Made by a program: the position numbers and the translations under genes. A model generated the notes under the pieces. The model was given only the letters and a program-made list of their open reading frames with translations. It had not been told where the DNA came from and searched no databases. This document shows, in pieces, positions 1 through 11,575 of a stretch of DNA of 64,000 nt. Origin of the DNA: Dehalococcoidia bacterium. GTDB lineage: Bacteria > Chloroflexota > Dehalococcoidia > Bin125. The stretch's first letter is position 1; each line of letters starts with the position of its first letter. The stretch is from positions 2,880,001 through 2,944,000 of the forward strand of contig OY820591.1 of assembly GCA_963555985.3 (NCBI GenBank). Reading direction: 5' to 3'.

Positions 1-479
1 ACGCAGTAGGGATCGTCGGCGTCGGCGAGGTAGTAGGAGACAGAGCCGGTGGTATGTCCGGGGGTGTGCAGGACCTCGAAGGCGGAGCCGCCGAGCAGGA
101 TCGTTTCGCCGCCCTGGAGGTGGATGTCGATGTCGAGGTCGGTTTCGAGCCAGGGGTGCAGCTCATCCGCCACTGTGTCGGAGGCGTGCATGTAGTAGGG
201 GACGTTTGGTCCGAGGCGCTCGCGCAGTTCGTGGTAGGACTTGATGTGGTCGGGGTGGGAGTGGGTGAAGAGGACCATCTTGGGGGTGGCGCCGGAGTCT
301 TCGAGACCGGCCATGACCAGTTCGTGCTGGGCGACGGCATCGATGATGGCGGCGTCGCCGGTGCCTTTGTCGACGAGCACGAAGGCGTTGTTCTCGAACG
401 GCCCCCAGGACATCTGCATCACCACCACTCGATGCAGGACGCGCAGCACCCGCGACTCGGCGCGAATTTCCAGACTCAT
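1..479 (-). CDS. MBL-fold metallo-hydrolase (partial, runs off window start)
   Basis: Manual translation from ATG at 479 (GGAGAGG RBS) gives MSLEIRAES...FTHSHPDHI...LHTPGHTTGSVSY, i.e. the HxHxDH and TPGH motifs. Not in the ORF track because it is truncated. Confidence 0.85.
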   Translation of the reverse strand, partial: MSLEIRAESRVLRVLHRVVVMQMSWGPFENNAFVLVDKGTGDAAIIDAVAQHELVMAGLEDSGATPKMVLFTHSHPDHIKSYHELRERLGPNVPYYMHASDTVADELHPWLETDLDIDIHLQGGETILLGGSAFEVLHTPGHTTGSVSYYLADADDPYC

Positions 480-579
480 GATCGCCTCTCCCGGTTTGAT
501 GCCGCCGCCGGATTCGGCGCGCGACGGCTTGGGGGGCAGTCTATGTCAGTGGGGGTCGTGTGCGGGGGGAGAAGGTTTA

Positions 580-1135
580 AGGCACGGTAGGGACTGGGCG
601 GTCGCGGTTCGCGGCCTGACGGGGGCTGTGAGAAAAAAAACGAGGGGGTCGCCGCTTGCGGTCGGGGGATTACTGCGGCTCTTCCTCTTCTTCGAGGCTG
701 TCGTCGTCGTCCGGCAGGGGCACGTCTTCGCCGCGCATGAAGGCGACGACTTCGTCGTAGATCTCGAACATCGGGTGGAGGTGGAAGTCCTTCTGCTGTT
801 CAGGAGTGAGGGGGGCTTCGGGCAGTCTGGGGGAGTGGTTGGGTTGGGGTTTGGGGCGTGGCTCGGGATGGGGTTCGAGGTCGAGGGCGTGGTGGATCTC
901 GCGGGTCTTGGCGTTGGAAGGGGAGAGTTCGCGGATGAGGAGGGCGAGCGCTTTGATGCGGACGTGTCCGGCTTCGTTGGAGTGGGCGATTTGGCCGACG
1001 CCGGTCATGCTGGACTGGTAGGTGTGGGGGAAGGGCATGGGGTTGTTCCTTTCTTGGGAACCTGTGTTTTGGATAGGTGAGTTTATATGTTCTGATATTC
1101 GGCTTGCAAGTTGGTTGGGTGTGTTGCGGTTGTCG
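580..1135 (-). repeat. Duplicated orphan cassette, copy 1 (copy 2 at ~50081-50630)
   Basis: Near-identical 90-nt tail AGGCACGGTAGGGACTGGGCGGTCGCGGTTCGCGGCC...GGGGGATTA, homologous ORF and homologous promoter/RBS in both copies. Confidence 0.9.
670..1038 (-). CDS. Hypothetical 122-aa protein (paralog of 50171-50527)
   Basis: AAGAAAGGAAC RBS. Frame is conserved in the second copy with an in-frame indel. Pro-rich middle and acidic C-terminus. Confidence 0.7.
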   Translation of the reverse strand: MPFPHTYQSSMTGVGQIAHSNEAGHVRIKALALLIRELSPSNAKTREIHHALDLEPHPEPRPKPQPNHSPRLPEAPLTPEQQKDFHLHPMFEIYDEVVAFMRGEDVPLPDDDDSLEEEEEPQ

Positions 1136-1154
1136 GAAGGTTGGGTGCTTGATG

Positions 1155-1497
1155 TGGCGTTTCACCCCCTCTGCCCCTCTGGGGCATCTCCCCCTTGAGG
1201 GGGAGAGGTTTCTTGGGGGAGGTGGGTTGGGGGTTGGGTGCTGGTCACGGCGAGATACCCGCGACGGAGCGCGGGTATGACGGAAGTAGGGTTGGGGTGC
1301 GGGGCGTTTGTGCTGGGTGTGGCGTTCTCACCCCCTCTGTCACTGCGTGACATCTCCCTCCCCGCCTGCGCGGGGACAGGCTCTCAAGGGGGAGATTTTT
1401 CTTGGGGGAGATTTTTTGGGAGAGGTGGGTTGGGTGCTGGTCACGGCGAGTGATCCCCGCCTGCGCGGGGACAGGCTCCGCGGCGGGGCGCGGGTAG
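1155..1497. repeat. Island of REP-like palindromic repeats
   Basis: CCCCCTCTG...CATCTCCCCC-TTGA-GGGGGAGA units, GATACCCGCG..CGCGGGTATGAC units and CCCCGCCTGCGCGGGGACAGG mini-hairpins, all recurring elsewhere in the window. Confidence 0.9.
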
Positions 1498-1507
1498 GCG
1501 GGGCGGG

Positions 1508-1999
1508 CTAGAGGCGGCCCTCGGCGTATTGGTGGAGGAGGGCTCGGAGGTGGTTGATTTCTCCGGCGTGGTAGACGTCGTGGATGGCGACGGCGTCGAG
1601 CAGATCTCGGGTTTGCCATTGCTCGCCCCAGTAGGTGGGGCGGAGCTTGCGCAACTCCTCGTCGTCTTTGAGTTCGAGCACGGCTTCGATGGCCTGGATG
1701 TGGGCTTCTTCCAGCCATTCGAGCAGCAGCTCGAACGAGGCTTCGGCGACGATGGGTTCTCGATCCCAGGTGGTCCAGAAGGTGTGGGAGCGGTCGCCGA
1801 AGCCGTGGTTGACGTGCATCACCTTGACCGCGCCGCAGTGGAAGATCAGGTCGCGCATGGTGCGTCCGCCGCCTGGCACGACTTTGTCGAGATCATCGCC
1901 GGTGACGGAGGAGAGATTGGCAAGCAGCGAGTGCTCGGGCTTGATCCGGAAGGATTGTTCCAGTTGCCAGGTGAGATGTTCGAGGACGGTGCGTCCCAC
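1508..1999 (-). CDS. DinB/YfiT superfamily protein
   Basis: RTMRDLIFHC and AIHDVYHAGEI metal-binding His pattern. GTG start at 1999 chosen to avoid overlap with the upstream gene. Confidence 0.8.
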   Translation of the reverse strand: MGRTVLEHLTWQLEQSFRIKPEHSLLANLSSVTGDDLDKVVPGGGRTMRDLIFHCGAVKVMHVNHGFGDRSHTFWTTWDREPIVAEASFELLLEWLEEAHIQAIEAVLELKDDEELRKLRPTYWGEQWQTRDLLDAVAIHDVYHAGEINHLRALLHQYAEGRL

Positions 2000-2040
2000 G
2001 GTTGGCGAAACTCCGATTCGCTTGTCGTCGCTGGTGGCGC

Positions 2041-3918
<1,878 letters not shown>

Positions 3919-4084
3919 GATGCGGAAGGTCGTCGCTTTCGGCTCGGCTGGCCACTGGCGTATTCACGCTATCAGAGCGCCGCTAGTGCGAGCGGGCGGC
4001 GGGATTTCCCGCGAAACACTGGTGATCGTGGGTTTGGGCTGTTCGGTCTTGTTCGGGTTTGTTCGGTGATGTTTGGCTCTCGCC

Positions 4085-4480
4085 GGGCGGCCGGGTCCGA
4101 GCCTCGCCGACCAGGCAGTCGGATGGATTCCGGCCCCCGCCTACGCGGGGGCAGGCTGCGGAGACGTTTGTGAAATCCTCGATCTGGGCGTTTCGTCATT
4201 CTTGCGAACGCGGGGATCCACGTCTCACTCGATACGCTGGATGGATTCCCGCCTACGGAGGCCTTTGCAAATTGGCATTCCCGCTGCTCTCGTCATTCCA
4301 GCGAAAGCTGGAATCTCGCCCGACCAGATAGACCGAACTCCGAACGAGATTCCAGGTCAAGCCTGGAATGACGGAAATGGGGATTTTGCAAAGGCCTCCC
4401 TATGCGGGAATGACGGAAACGGGAGTTTTGCACAAGCCTCCCTGCGCGGGAACGACGGAATTTGGGATTACGCGCACAGC
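4085..4480. repeat. REP island with nested MITEs
   Basis: GATTCC(C/A)G..C(G/T)GGAATGAC hairpins interleaved with GAG(G/A)C(C/G)TTTG(C/T)(A/G)AAA ends. Confidence 0.9.
4258..4398 (+). mobile_element. 141-bp MITE inserted in a REP hairpin
   Basis: TIRs GAGGCCTTTGCAAA/TTTGCAAAGGCCTC, flanked by CCTACG/CCTATG. Near-identical inverted copy at 18502-18641. Confidence 0.8.
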
Positions 4481-4577
4481 TGGCCATGGGCCAGCTGCGA
4501 TTGTTCCGCATCAACTGCTTCTTTCGCTGCGCACTGTCAATTTTGAATGTCTCGCCTATCTGGGTAGACTGCGTGCC

Positions 4578-5060
4578 GTGTCTTCGTCAGAGTTCTCCCA
4601 GCGAGATTTTCCGTCGGCTTTCCAGCCTCTTCCAGCAGTCAGCCCGGACGCGCCGCATTGGGGCGAGCGTTTTGCTCGGGAGATGCCGTCGATGGAGCCG
4701 CCGTACTACGGGGTGAATGTGGCGGATGTGCGCCGGGAGCACTACGACGCGATCTTCCAGAACATCGAACAGCAGGTGCAGGGTGCGGAGCTCCTGTTCG
4801 GCGGCCGGCTGCACTTCTTCTCGGCGACGGACTACGGCGAGCTTCGGCGCGTGATGTTCATCCTCTACTTCGAGACCTTCCCTGACACAGAGACCATCCT
4901 TGACACACTGGGCGGACTAGGGCTCGACCGGGCCGACGACGTGACCCAGTTTCCCGACATCTGGACAGGGTCCGAGCTCTGGACGGAGTTCACACGCCTG
5001 GCGGAGGGCTACACGTGGTGGGTCATGCCTGCGCTGCCAGTGAACGAGCCCCCGCAGTAG
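4578..5060 (+). CDS. Hypothetical protein
   Basis: Coding-like codon usage. GTG lies 7 nt after TAGACT, with TTGAAT 16 nt further upstream. The longer ORF-track start lies in repeats. Confidence 0.6.
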   Translation: MSSSEFSQRDFPSAFQPLPAVSPDAPHWGERFAREMPSMEPPYYGVNVADVRREHYDAIFQNIEQQVQGAELLFGGRLHFFSATDYGELRRVMFILYFETFPDTETILDTLGGLGLDRADDVTQFPDIWTGSELWTEFTRLAEGYTWWVMPALPVNEPPQ

Positions 5061-5200
5061 CCGACCCTTCTGGTTCTCTCCGTTGTTCTCGCTGCTCGGG
5101 TCTGCGGACGGGAGTGTGGGAATCCTGTATGATGTGAGTGCGCAGGGATGCGCCTGGCGTTATTTGGCGGGCGACCGCCCCGGACTGATCTGGCGGCCGT

Positions 5201-6232
5201 ATGGCCGCCATTTCGTATCTGCTGAATTGGGTCGCGGCGATGGCGACCATGGATCAAGGCAGCGGCGGCGAATGGTGGCGGACTGCGCTGGAGCGTGCGC
5301 TCGCGCCGGTGCAGCGGCTGCGGCGGGGAATTTTTCAGTCGCTCTCGACGCTGGAGCTTCTGCTGGGCGGGTTTGGCCTGGTTGCGGCGCTGGTCACGGC
5401 TGCGTTGTTGTCGCCGGTGCTGGGGTTGTTGCCGGGCGCGGCGGGGGAGTTCGTGCCGATTGGGGTGGCGATCTTGCTGTCGCCGATCGGGATCGGGGTG
5501 GCGCTGGGTCGGCGGGCTGAGGTGGAGCGCTTTGTCAACACCGTGCGCGGGCGCGTGGACGAGGTGACCTCAACGGTCGGCGTTGGACGCCGTCCGCCGC
5601 CGCAGGAGGCGATCCTCGACACCAGCGCGATCATCGACGGTCGGATCGGCGAAGTGGCGCTGACGGGTTTCATCCTGGCCGAACTGGTGGTGCCCCGCTT
5701 CGTGCTGGACGAGTTGCGCCGCGTCGCCGACAGCAGCGACCGGAACAAGCGTCAGCGCGGACGGGCGGGACTGGAGCTGCTGGCACGGTTGCAGGCGGAC
5801 GAGTCGGTGCCCACGGTGATCGAGGATCCGCCTGCGAACGAATCCGATGCCGAGGCTGACGATGTTGACGCTCGCCTGGTGCGGATGGCGCTGGATCGGG
5901 GCGCGGCACTGATCTCGACCGACTCGAATCTGATTCGGGTGGCGGCGCTGGAGGGCGTGCGCACGCTCAACCTCAACGCGCTCGCCAATGCAGTGAAGAC
6001 GAACGTGTTGCCGGGCGAACTCTTGCAGATCGAACTGCTTGAGCCCGGCAGGGATCCGGATCAGGCGGTGGGCTATCTGCCCGACGGGACGATGGTGGTC
6101 GTCGAAGAGGCCGCCGCGCTGGTGGGAGAGACGCGCAGCGTCGCGGTCAAACGTGTGATCCAGACCCAGGCGGGACGGCTGGTGTTCGCGCGTCTGGTGG
6201 ATGAGGCGATGGACATCGCGGAGGCGTCGTGA
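5201..6232 (+). CDS. Membrane PIN/TRAM domain protein (YacL-like)
   Basis: TM segments, ILDTSAIIDGRI PIN motif, GYLPDGTMVVVE TRAM motif, located before ispD. Confidence 0.9.
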   Translation: MAAISYLLNWVAAMATMDQGSGGEWWRTALERALAPVQRLRRGIFQSLSTLELLLGGFGLVAALVTAALLSPVLGLLPGAAGEFVPIGVAILLSPIGIGVALGRRAEVERFVNTVRGRVDEVTSTVGVGRRPPPQEAILDTSAIIDGRIGEVALTGFILAELVVPRFVLDELRRVADSSDRNKRQRGRAGLELLARLQADESVPTVIEDPPANESDAEADDVDARLVRMALDRGAALISTDSNLIRVAALEGVRTLNLNALANAVKTNVLPGELLQIELLEPGRDPDQAVGYLPDGTMVVVEEAAALVGETRSVAVKRVIQTQAGRLVFARLVDEAMDIAEAS

Positions 6233-7395
6233 GCGTCGGCGCGATTGTGCTCGCGGCCGGTTCGAGCCGGCGCATGGGCGGCGGCGACAAACTGCTCGCG
6301 CCATTACTGGGCCGACCGGTGCTCGGCTGGACGCTGCGCGCGTTCGAGCGCTGCGACGCGGTGGATCAGCTCGTGGTGGTCACGTCGGCTGCAAATCGCG
6401 CGGAGATCGCGGATCTGTGTACGGGGATACAGAAGCTGCGGGCGCTCGTGCTCGGCGGGCGGGAGCGTCAGGATTCGGTCGCCAACGGTCTGGCGGCGCT
6501 GGCAAACGTAGAAATCGTCGCGATCCATGATGGGGCGCGGCCGCTGATCACGAGTGAGGCGATTGCGCGGGGAGTTGATTTGGCGCGTGAGTGCGGCGCG
6601 GCGATTGCCGGCGGTCCGGTCGCGGACACGATCAAGCTGGTGGACGAGGAGGAACGGATCGCGTCTACGCCGGATCGGTCTCGGCTTCGCGCCGCTGCCA
6701 CGCCGCAGATCTTTCGGCGCGAATTGCTGTTGCAGGCGCACGCAGCGGCGCGCCGGGACGGCGTGCTCGCCACCGACGATGCTGCGCTGGTGGAACAGAT
6801 CGGGGTTCCGGTGATTGTCTATGACAGCGGCGCGCCCAATCCCAAGATCACGACGCCGGATGATCTGACGGTTGCGGCGGCGTTGCTATCAGCACGCGAG
6901 GGGGTTGCGGGCACGATCCGCAGCGGGATTGGGATTGATACGCACCGCTTTGAATCGGGGCGGCCGCTGATCCTGGGCGGAGTGCAGATCCCCGGCCACG
7001 ACGGTCTGGCGGGGCATTCCGATGCGGACGCGCTCACGCACGCGATCATCGACGCGCTGCTGGGCGCTGCCGGTCTGGGCGATATCGGGGCGCATTTTGC
7101 GCCGGGCGATCCGGCCTGGGCGGGAGCGGACTCGATCGTGATGTTGGAGTTGGTCGTCGCCAAGCTGGCCGAGATTGGCGCAACGCCAACGTCGGTCGAT
7201 GCGACCGTGATCGCGGAGCGCCCTCGGCTGCGTCCGTGGATCGCGGCGATGCGCGAGCGTCTGGCTGTCCCGCTTGGGTTGAGCGTTGAGGCGGTGAATG
7301 TCAAGGCGACGACAGCCGAGGGCATGGGCGCGTTGGGGCGGGCAGAAGGGGTCGCCGTGCACGCGATCGCCAACGTCACGTATTCGAGAATCTGA
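6229..7395 (+). CDS. ispDF: Bifunctional IspD/IspF
   Basis: LAAGSSRRMG, IHDGARP and TDDAALVE (IspD); GIDTHRF, HSDADALTHAIIDALLGA and NVKATT (IspF). Confidence 0.95.
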   Translation: MSVGAIVLAAGSSRRMGGGDKLLAPLLGRPVLGWTLRAFERCDAVDQLVVVTSAANRAEIADLCTGIQKLRALVLGGRERQDSVANGLAALANVEIVAIHDGARPLITSEAIARGVDLARECGAAIAGGPVADTIKLVDEEERIASTPDRSRLRAAATPQIFRRELLLQAHAAARRDGVLATDDAALVEQIGVPVIVYDSGAPNPKITTPDDLTVAAALLSAREGVAGTIRSGIGIDTHRFESGRPLILGGVQIPGHDGLAGHSDADALTHAIIDALLGAAGLGDIGAHFAPGDPAWAGADSIVMLELVVAKLAEIGATPTSVDATVIAERPRLRPWIAAMRERLAVPLGLSVEAVNVKATTAEGMGALGRAEGVAVHAIANVTYSRI

Positions 7396-7409
7396 GTAGG
7401 CTGCATGGT

Positions 7410-8114
7410 ATGGGCGCGCTACAGACGTTGACCGCATGGACAAAGACCTTCGTCGAAGAAGTGCGGGCCGATATCGCCTTCACGATGGATCGCGATCCGG
7501 CGGCGACTTCGGCGCTGGAGGTGTTGCTCGCGTATCCGGGGATTCACGCGCTGATGCTGCACCGCGTCTCCTCAACCCTGCTGCGAGCGGAGATTCCTGT
7601 GGCTCCGCGTTTGTTGTCGCACGTGGGTCGGTGTCTGACCGGAATCGAGATTCATCCCGGAGCGCAGATCTCCTCACCCTGCCTGATCGATCATGGGATG
7701 GGTGTCGTGATTGGGGAGACCGCGCGGCTTGGGCAGCGTTGTCACCTGCATCAAGGGGTCACGCTGGGCGGCACGTCGACGATGCGCAAACAGCGGCATC
7801 CGACGTTCGGCGACGACGTGTTGGTCGGTGCGGGCGCCTCGATCATCGGCGCGGTCTCCATCGGGAACGGGGCGAGGATTGGCGCGGGGGCAGTGGTGGT
7901 CTCGAACGTGCCGCCGCATTCCACGGTGGTCGGGGTGCCCGGTCACGTGGTGGCGTATTACGACCCGGGTGACGACACCGTGCTGCGTTTGCCCGACCCC
8001 GAGCATGACCGGATCGAGCACCTGGAGGCGGAATTCGCGGAGCTGCGGTCGGAGTTGCGGGGTCTGCAAGATCGGGCAGCCGAGCGTCATGGTGAGACGG
8101 CGGCGGGCGGCTGA
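7410..8114 (+). CDS. cysE: Serine O-acetyltransferase
   Basis: RDPAA, TGIEIHPGA, IDHGMGVVIGETA, hexapeptide repeats. Confidence 0.95.
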   Translation: MGALQTLTAWTKTFVEEVRADIAFTMDRDPAATSALEVLLAYPGIHALMLHRVSSTLLRAEIPVAPRLLSHVGRCLTGIEIHPGAQISSPCLIDHGMGVVIGETARLGQRCHLHQGVTLGGTSTMRKQRHPTFGDDVLVGAGASIIGAVSIGNGARIGAGAVVVSNVPPHSTVVGVPGHVVAYYDPGDDTVLRLPDPEHDRIEHLEAEFAELRSELRGLQDRAAERHGETAAGG

Positions 8115-8147
8115 GGGGGTCTGCGGTAGCTCTGCCGGAGTAGGGCG

Positions 8148-8201
8148 GACCCCCCTCTGTCACTTCGTGACATCTCCCCCCGCACTGCGGGGAGAGAGGG
8201 G
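8148..8201. repeat. REP-like double hairpin
   Basis: CCCCCTCTGTCACTTCGTGACATCTCCCCCCGCACTGCGGGGAGAG, the same unit as at 47319, 35785 (inverted) and 51060. Confidence 0.85.
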
Positions 8202-8317
8202 AATCCCAATCGGCGCTCATTGACCGAGCCGGGGCTATTCGCTTGCATTGGCTGCGTTCAATAGCGTGCGTATGAGCGCGCCGGAGGCGCCCAGAGTGCT
8301 TCGAGGAGGGATCGCAC

Positions 8318-9745
<1,428 letters not shown>

Positions 9746-9771
9746 TAGCGCTGGTTGCACAGAACCCGCTA

Positions 9772-10191
9772 CTCCGTCATTGCCGCGCTCCGCCGCAGCC
9801 TGCCCCTGGCCTGAACAGAGGGCAATCTCGCCGAGCGATCCCCGCCTTCGGAGGGCTTTGCAACAAACCATCCCGGTGCGTTGGGGCCTAGGGAGGGACG
9901 GATCGTGCGATCTGAGGTCGGCGGTACGACCAGATTGGGAGTGGCTTCATACTTGGTTGCTTCGAGATTCCCGCCTACGCGGGAATGACGGAAATGGGGA
10001 TTTTGCAAAGGCCTCCCTACGCGGGGATGACGGATGTGGTTGCGGATCTCGTGATGTGAGGTCGGCGGTACGACCAGATTGGGAGTGGCTTCATACTTGG
10101 TTGCTTCGAGATTCCCGCCTACGCGGGAATGACGGAAATGGGGATTTTGCAAACGTCTCCAAAGGCGGGGATGACGGATGTGGTTGCGGAT
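9772..10191. repeat. REP/MITE island with 144-bp tandem duplication
   Basis: 9913-10047 is repeated at 10057-10191. MITE-like ends at 9851 and 10015 are flanked by CCTTCG/CCTACG. Confidence 0.85.
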
Positions 10192-10203
10192 GTCGTTCGG
10201 GCC

Positions 10204-11439
10204 TTAGAACGGCGGGGCCCTGTGTGACTCGACTTCTGCGATTGCCGACTCGTCGTAGCCGAGTTCTTGCATCACCTCTGCCGTGTGCTGACCTAATTCT
10301 GCGAAGAGGTCTTTCGGCATTGCCGGAGTTTGGCTCATGCGCACCGGTAGGCCGACGACCTTGCGGCGGCCGATGTGGGGGATGTCTTTCTCGACGATGT
10401 AACCGTTGACCAGGGCTTGCTCGTCTTCAAGCACTTCCTCGTAGTTGAACACTCGCTGGGCCGTCATGCCGTCGGGGTGGATTTCGAAGAAGTCCTCCCA
10501 TTCGGCGGTCGTGCGCTGCCTCATCAGCGCTGCGATCTTTGGTCGCAGGTCACGGACCGTGATCATCGCTTCCTGGTCGCGGAACGGATCGCGTTTTTCG
10601 CGGGCGTTCCAGCGCGGATCGTCGGCGAGTTCGGGCGTACCGCCGAAGGCGCAGAACTCTCGCCAGGTCTCGTCGTCGCGGACGCCGAGGCAGAACGCGC
10701 CGCCGTCGGCGGTCTGATAGAGGCCCATCAGTGAGGGCACGGCGGCGTGGAAGGAGCCGTCGCGGGTGAGCAGGTGTCCGGTGACGGAGGTGTGGTTGAT
10801 CTCCCAAGCCTGCATCCAGAGCATCGCGCCGTAGGCGGAGGTCTGCACCTTCTGTCCGAGACCGTGCCGATGTCTGGCCTGGAGCGCAGTGAGAATGCCC
10901 AGCGCCAGCGCCATCGAGCCGCCGGTGTCGGCGATGATCGCGCCCGGCAGCAGCGGCGGATCCTCAGGCGTGCCGGTGACGCCGGAGATGCCGCTGCGCG
11001 ACTGCGCGTAGGGGTCGCTCATGCGGTTCTGGCGGGCGGGACCGAGCGGGCCAAAGCCGCTGGCGACGGCGTAGATCAAGCTCGGGTTGCGCTCCGACAG
11101 GCGCTCGTAGCCCATCCCCAGCCGTTCCAGCGCGGGTTCCCGGTAGTTGCTGAGGAAGATGTCGGCGGTGTCGATCAGGCGGTCGACCAGTTCGAGTCCG
11201 ATCTCGGTGTGGAGATCGACACAGACTGAGCGCTTCCCGTGCGACGCGCCGATGAACTGGGTTCCCACCGCCTCGGGTGGCGAGGTGTTGTTGACGCTGC
11301 GGAACCAGCGATTGGCGTCGCCGCCGGGCGGTTCGACTTTGATCACGTCGGCGCCCATGTCGGCCAAAAATCCGCCCGCCGCCGGGCCCTGCACGGCAAT
11401 CGAGAGTTCGACCACGCGAATGCCCTCGAGTGCTTCCAT
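10204..11439 (-). CDS. CaiB/BaiF family (class III) CoA-transferase
   Basis: LEGIRVVEL, LADMGADVIKVEPP, GKRSVCVDL, SGFGPLGP. Confidence 0.92.
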   Translation of the reverse strand: MEALEGIRVVELSIAVQGPAAGGFLADMGADVIKVEPPGGDANRWFRSVNNTSPPEAVGTQFIGASHGKRSVCVDLHTEIGLELVDRLIDTADIFLSNYREPALERLGMGYERLSERNPSLIYAVASGFGPLGPARQNRMSDPYAQSRSGISGVTGTPEDPPLLPGAIIADTGGSMALALGILTALQARHRHGLGQKVQTSAYGAMLWMQAWEINHTSVTGHLLTRDGSFHAAVPSLMGLYQTADGGAFCLGVRDDETWREFCAFGGTPELADDPRWNAREKRDPFRDQEAMITVRDLRPKIAALMRQRTTAEWEDFFEIHPDGMTAQRVFNYEEVLEDEQALVNGYIVEKDIPHIGRRKVVGLPVRMSQTPAMPKDLFAELGQHTAEVMQELGYDESAIAEVESHRAPPF

Positions 11440-11575
11440 CCGTCTCTTCCTCGGCGACCGAGCGCGTTCCGCTGGAGCGCATCGTAGATCAGCGCGCGTC
11501 TCGCTTGCGCTCGAACCAGGGCCCGTTCAGGTTGGCGCTTGCTGTTACACCGTCATGGCGACCGTCAGTCTGAAC

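Noticed and set aside
670-1038. Duplicated ORF as a DGR template/variable pair
   Set aside because: Differences include indels and are not confined to adenines; no reverse transcriptase in the window.
4073-4546. ORFs spanning repeat islands (also 9585-10409, 18365-18898, 35442-35921)
   Set aside because: Translations of REP/MITE palindromes that recur at each island; no RBS or coding bias.
8115-8317. T-box leader before cysS
   Set aside because: No T-box consensus; the hairpins belong to a dispersed REP family.
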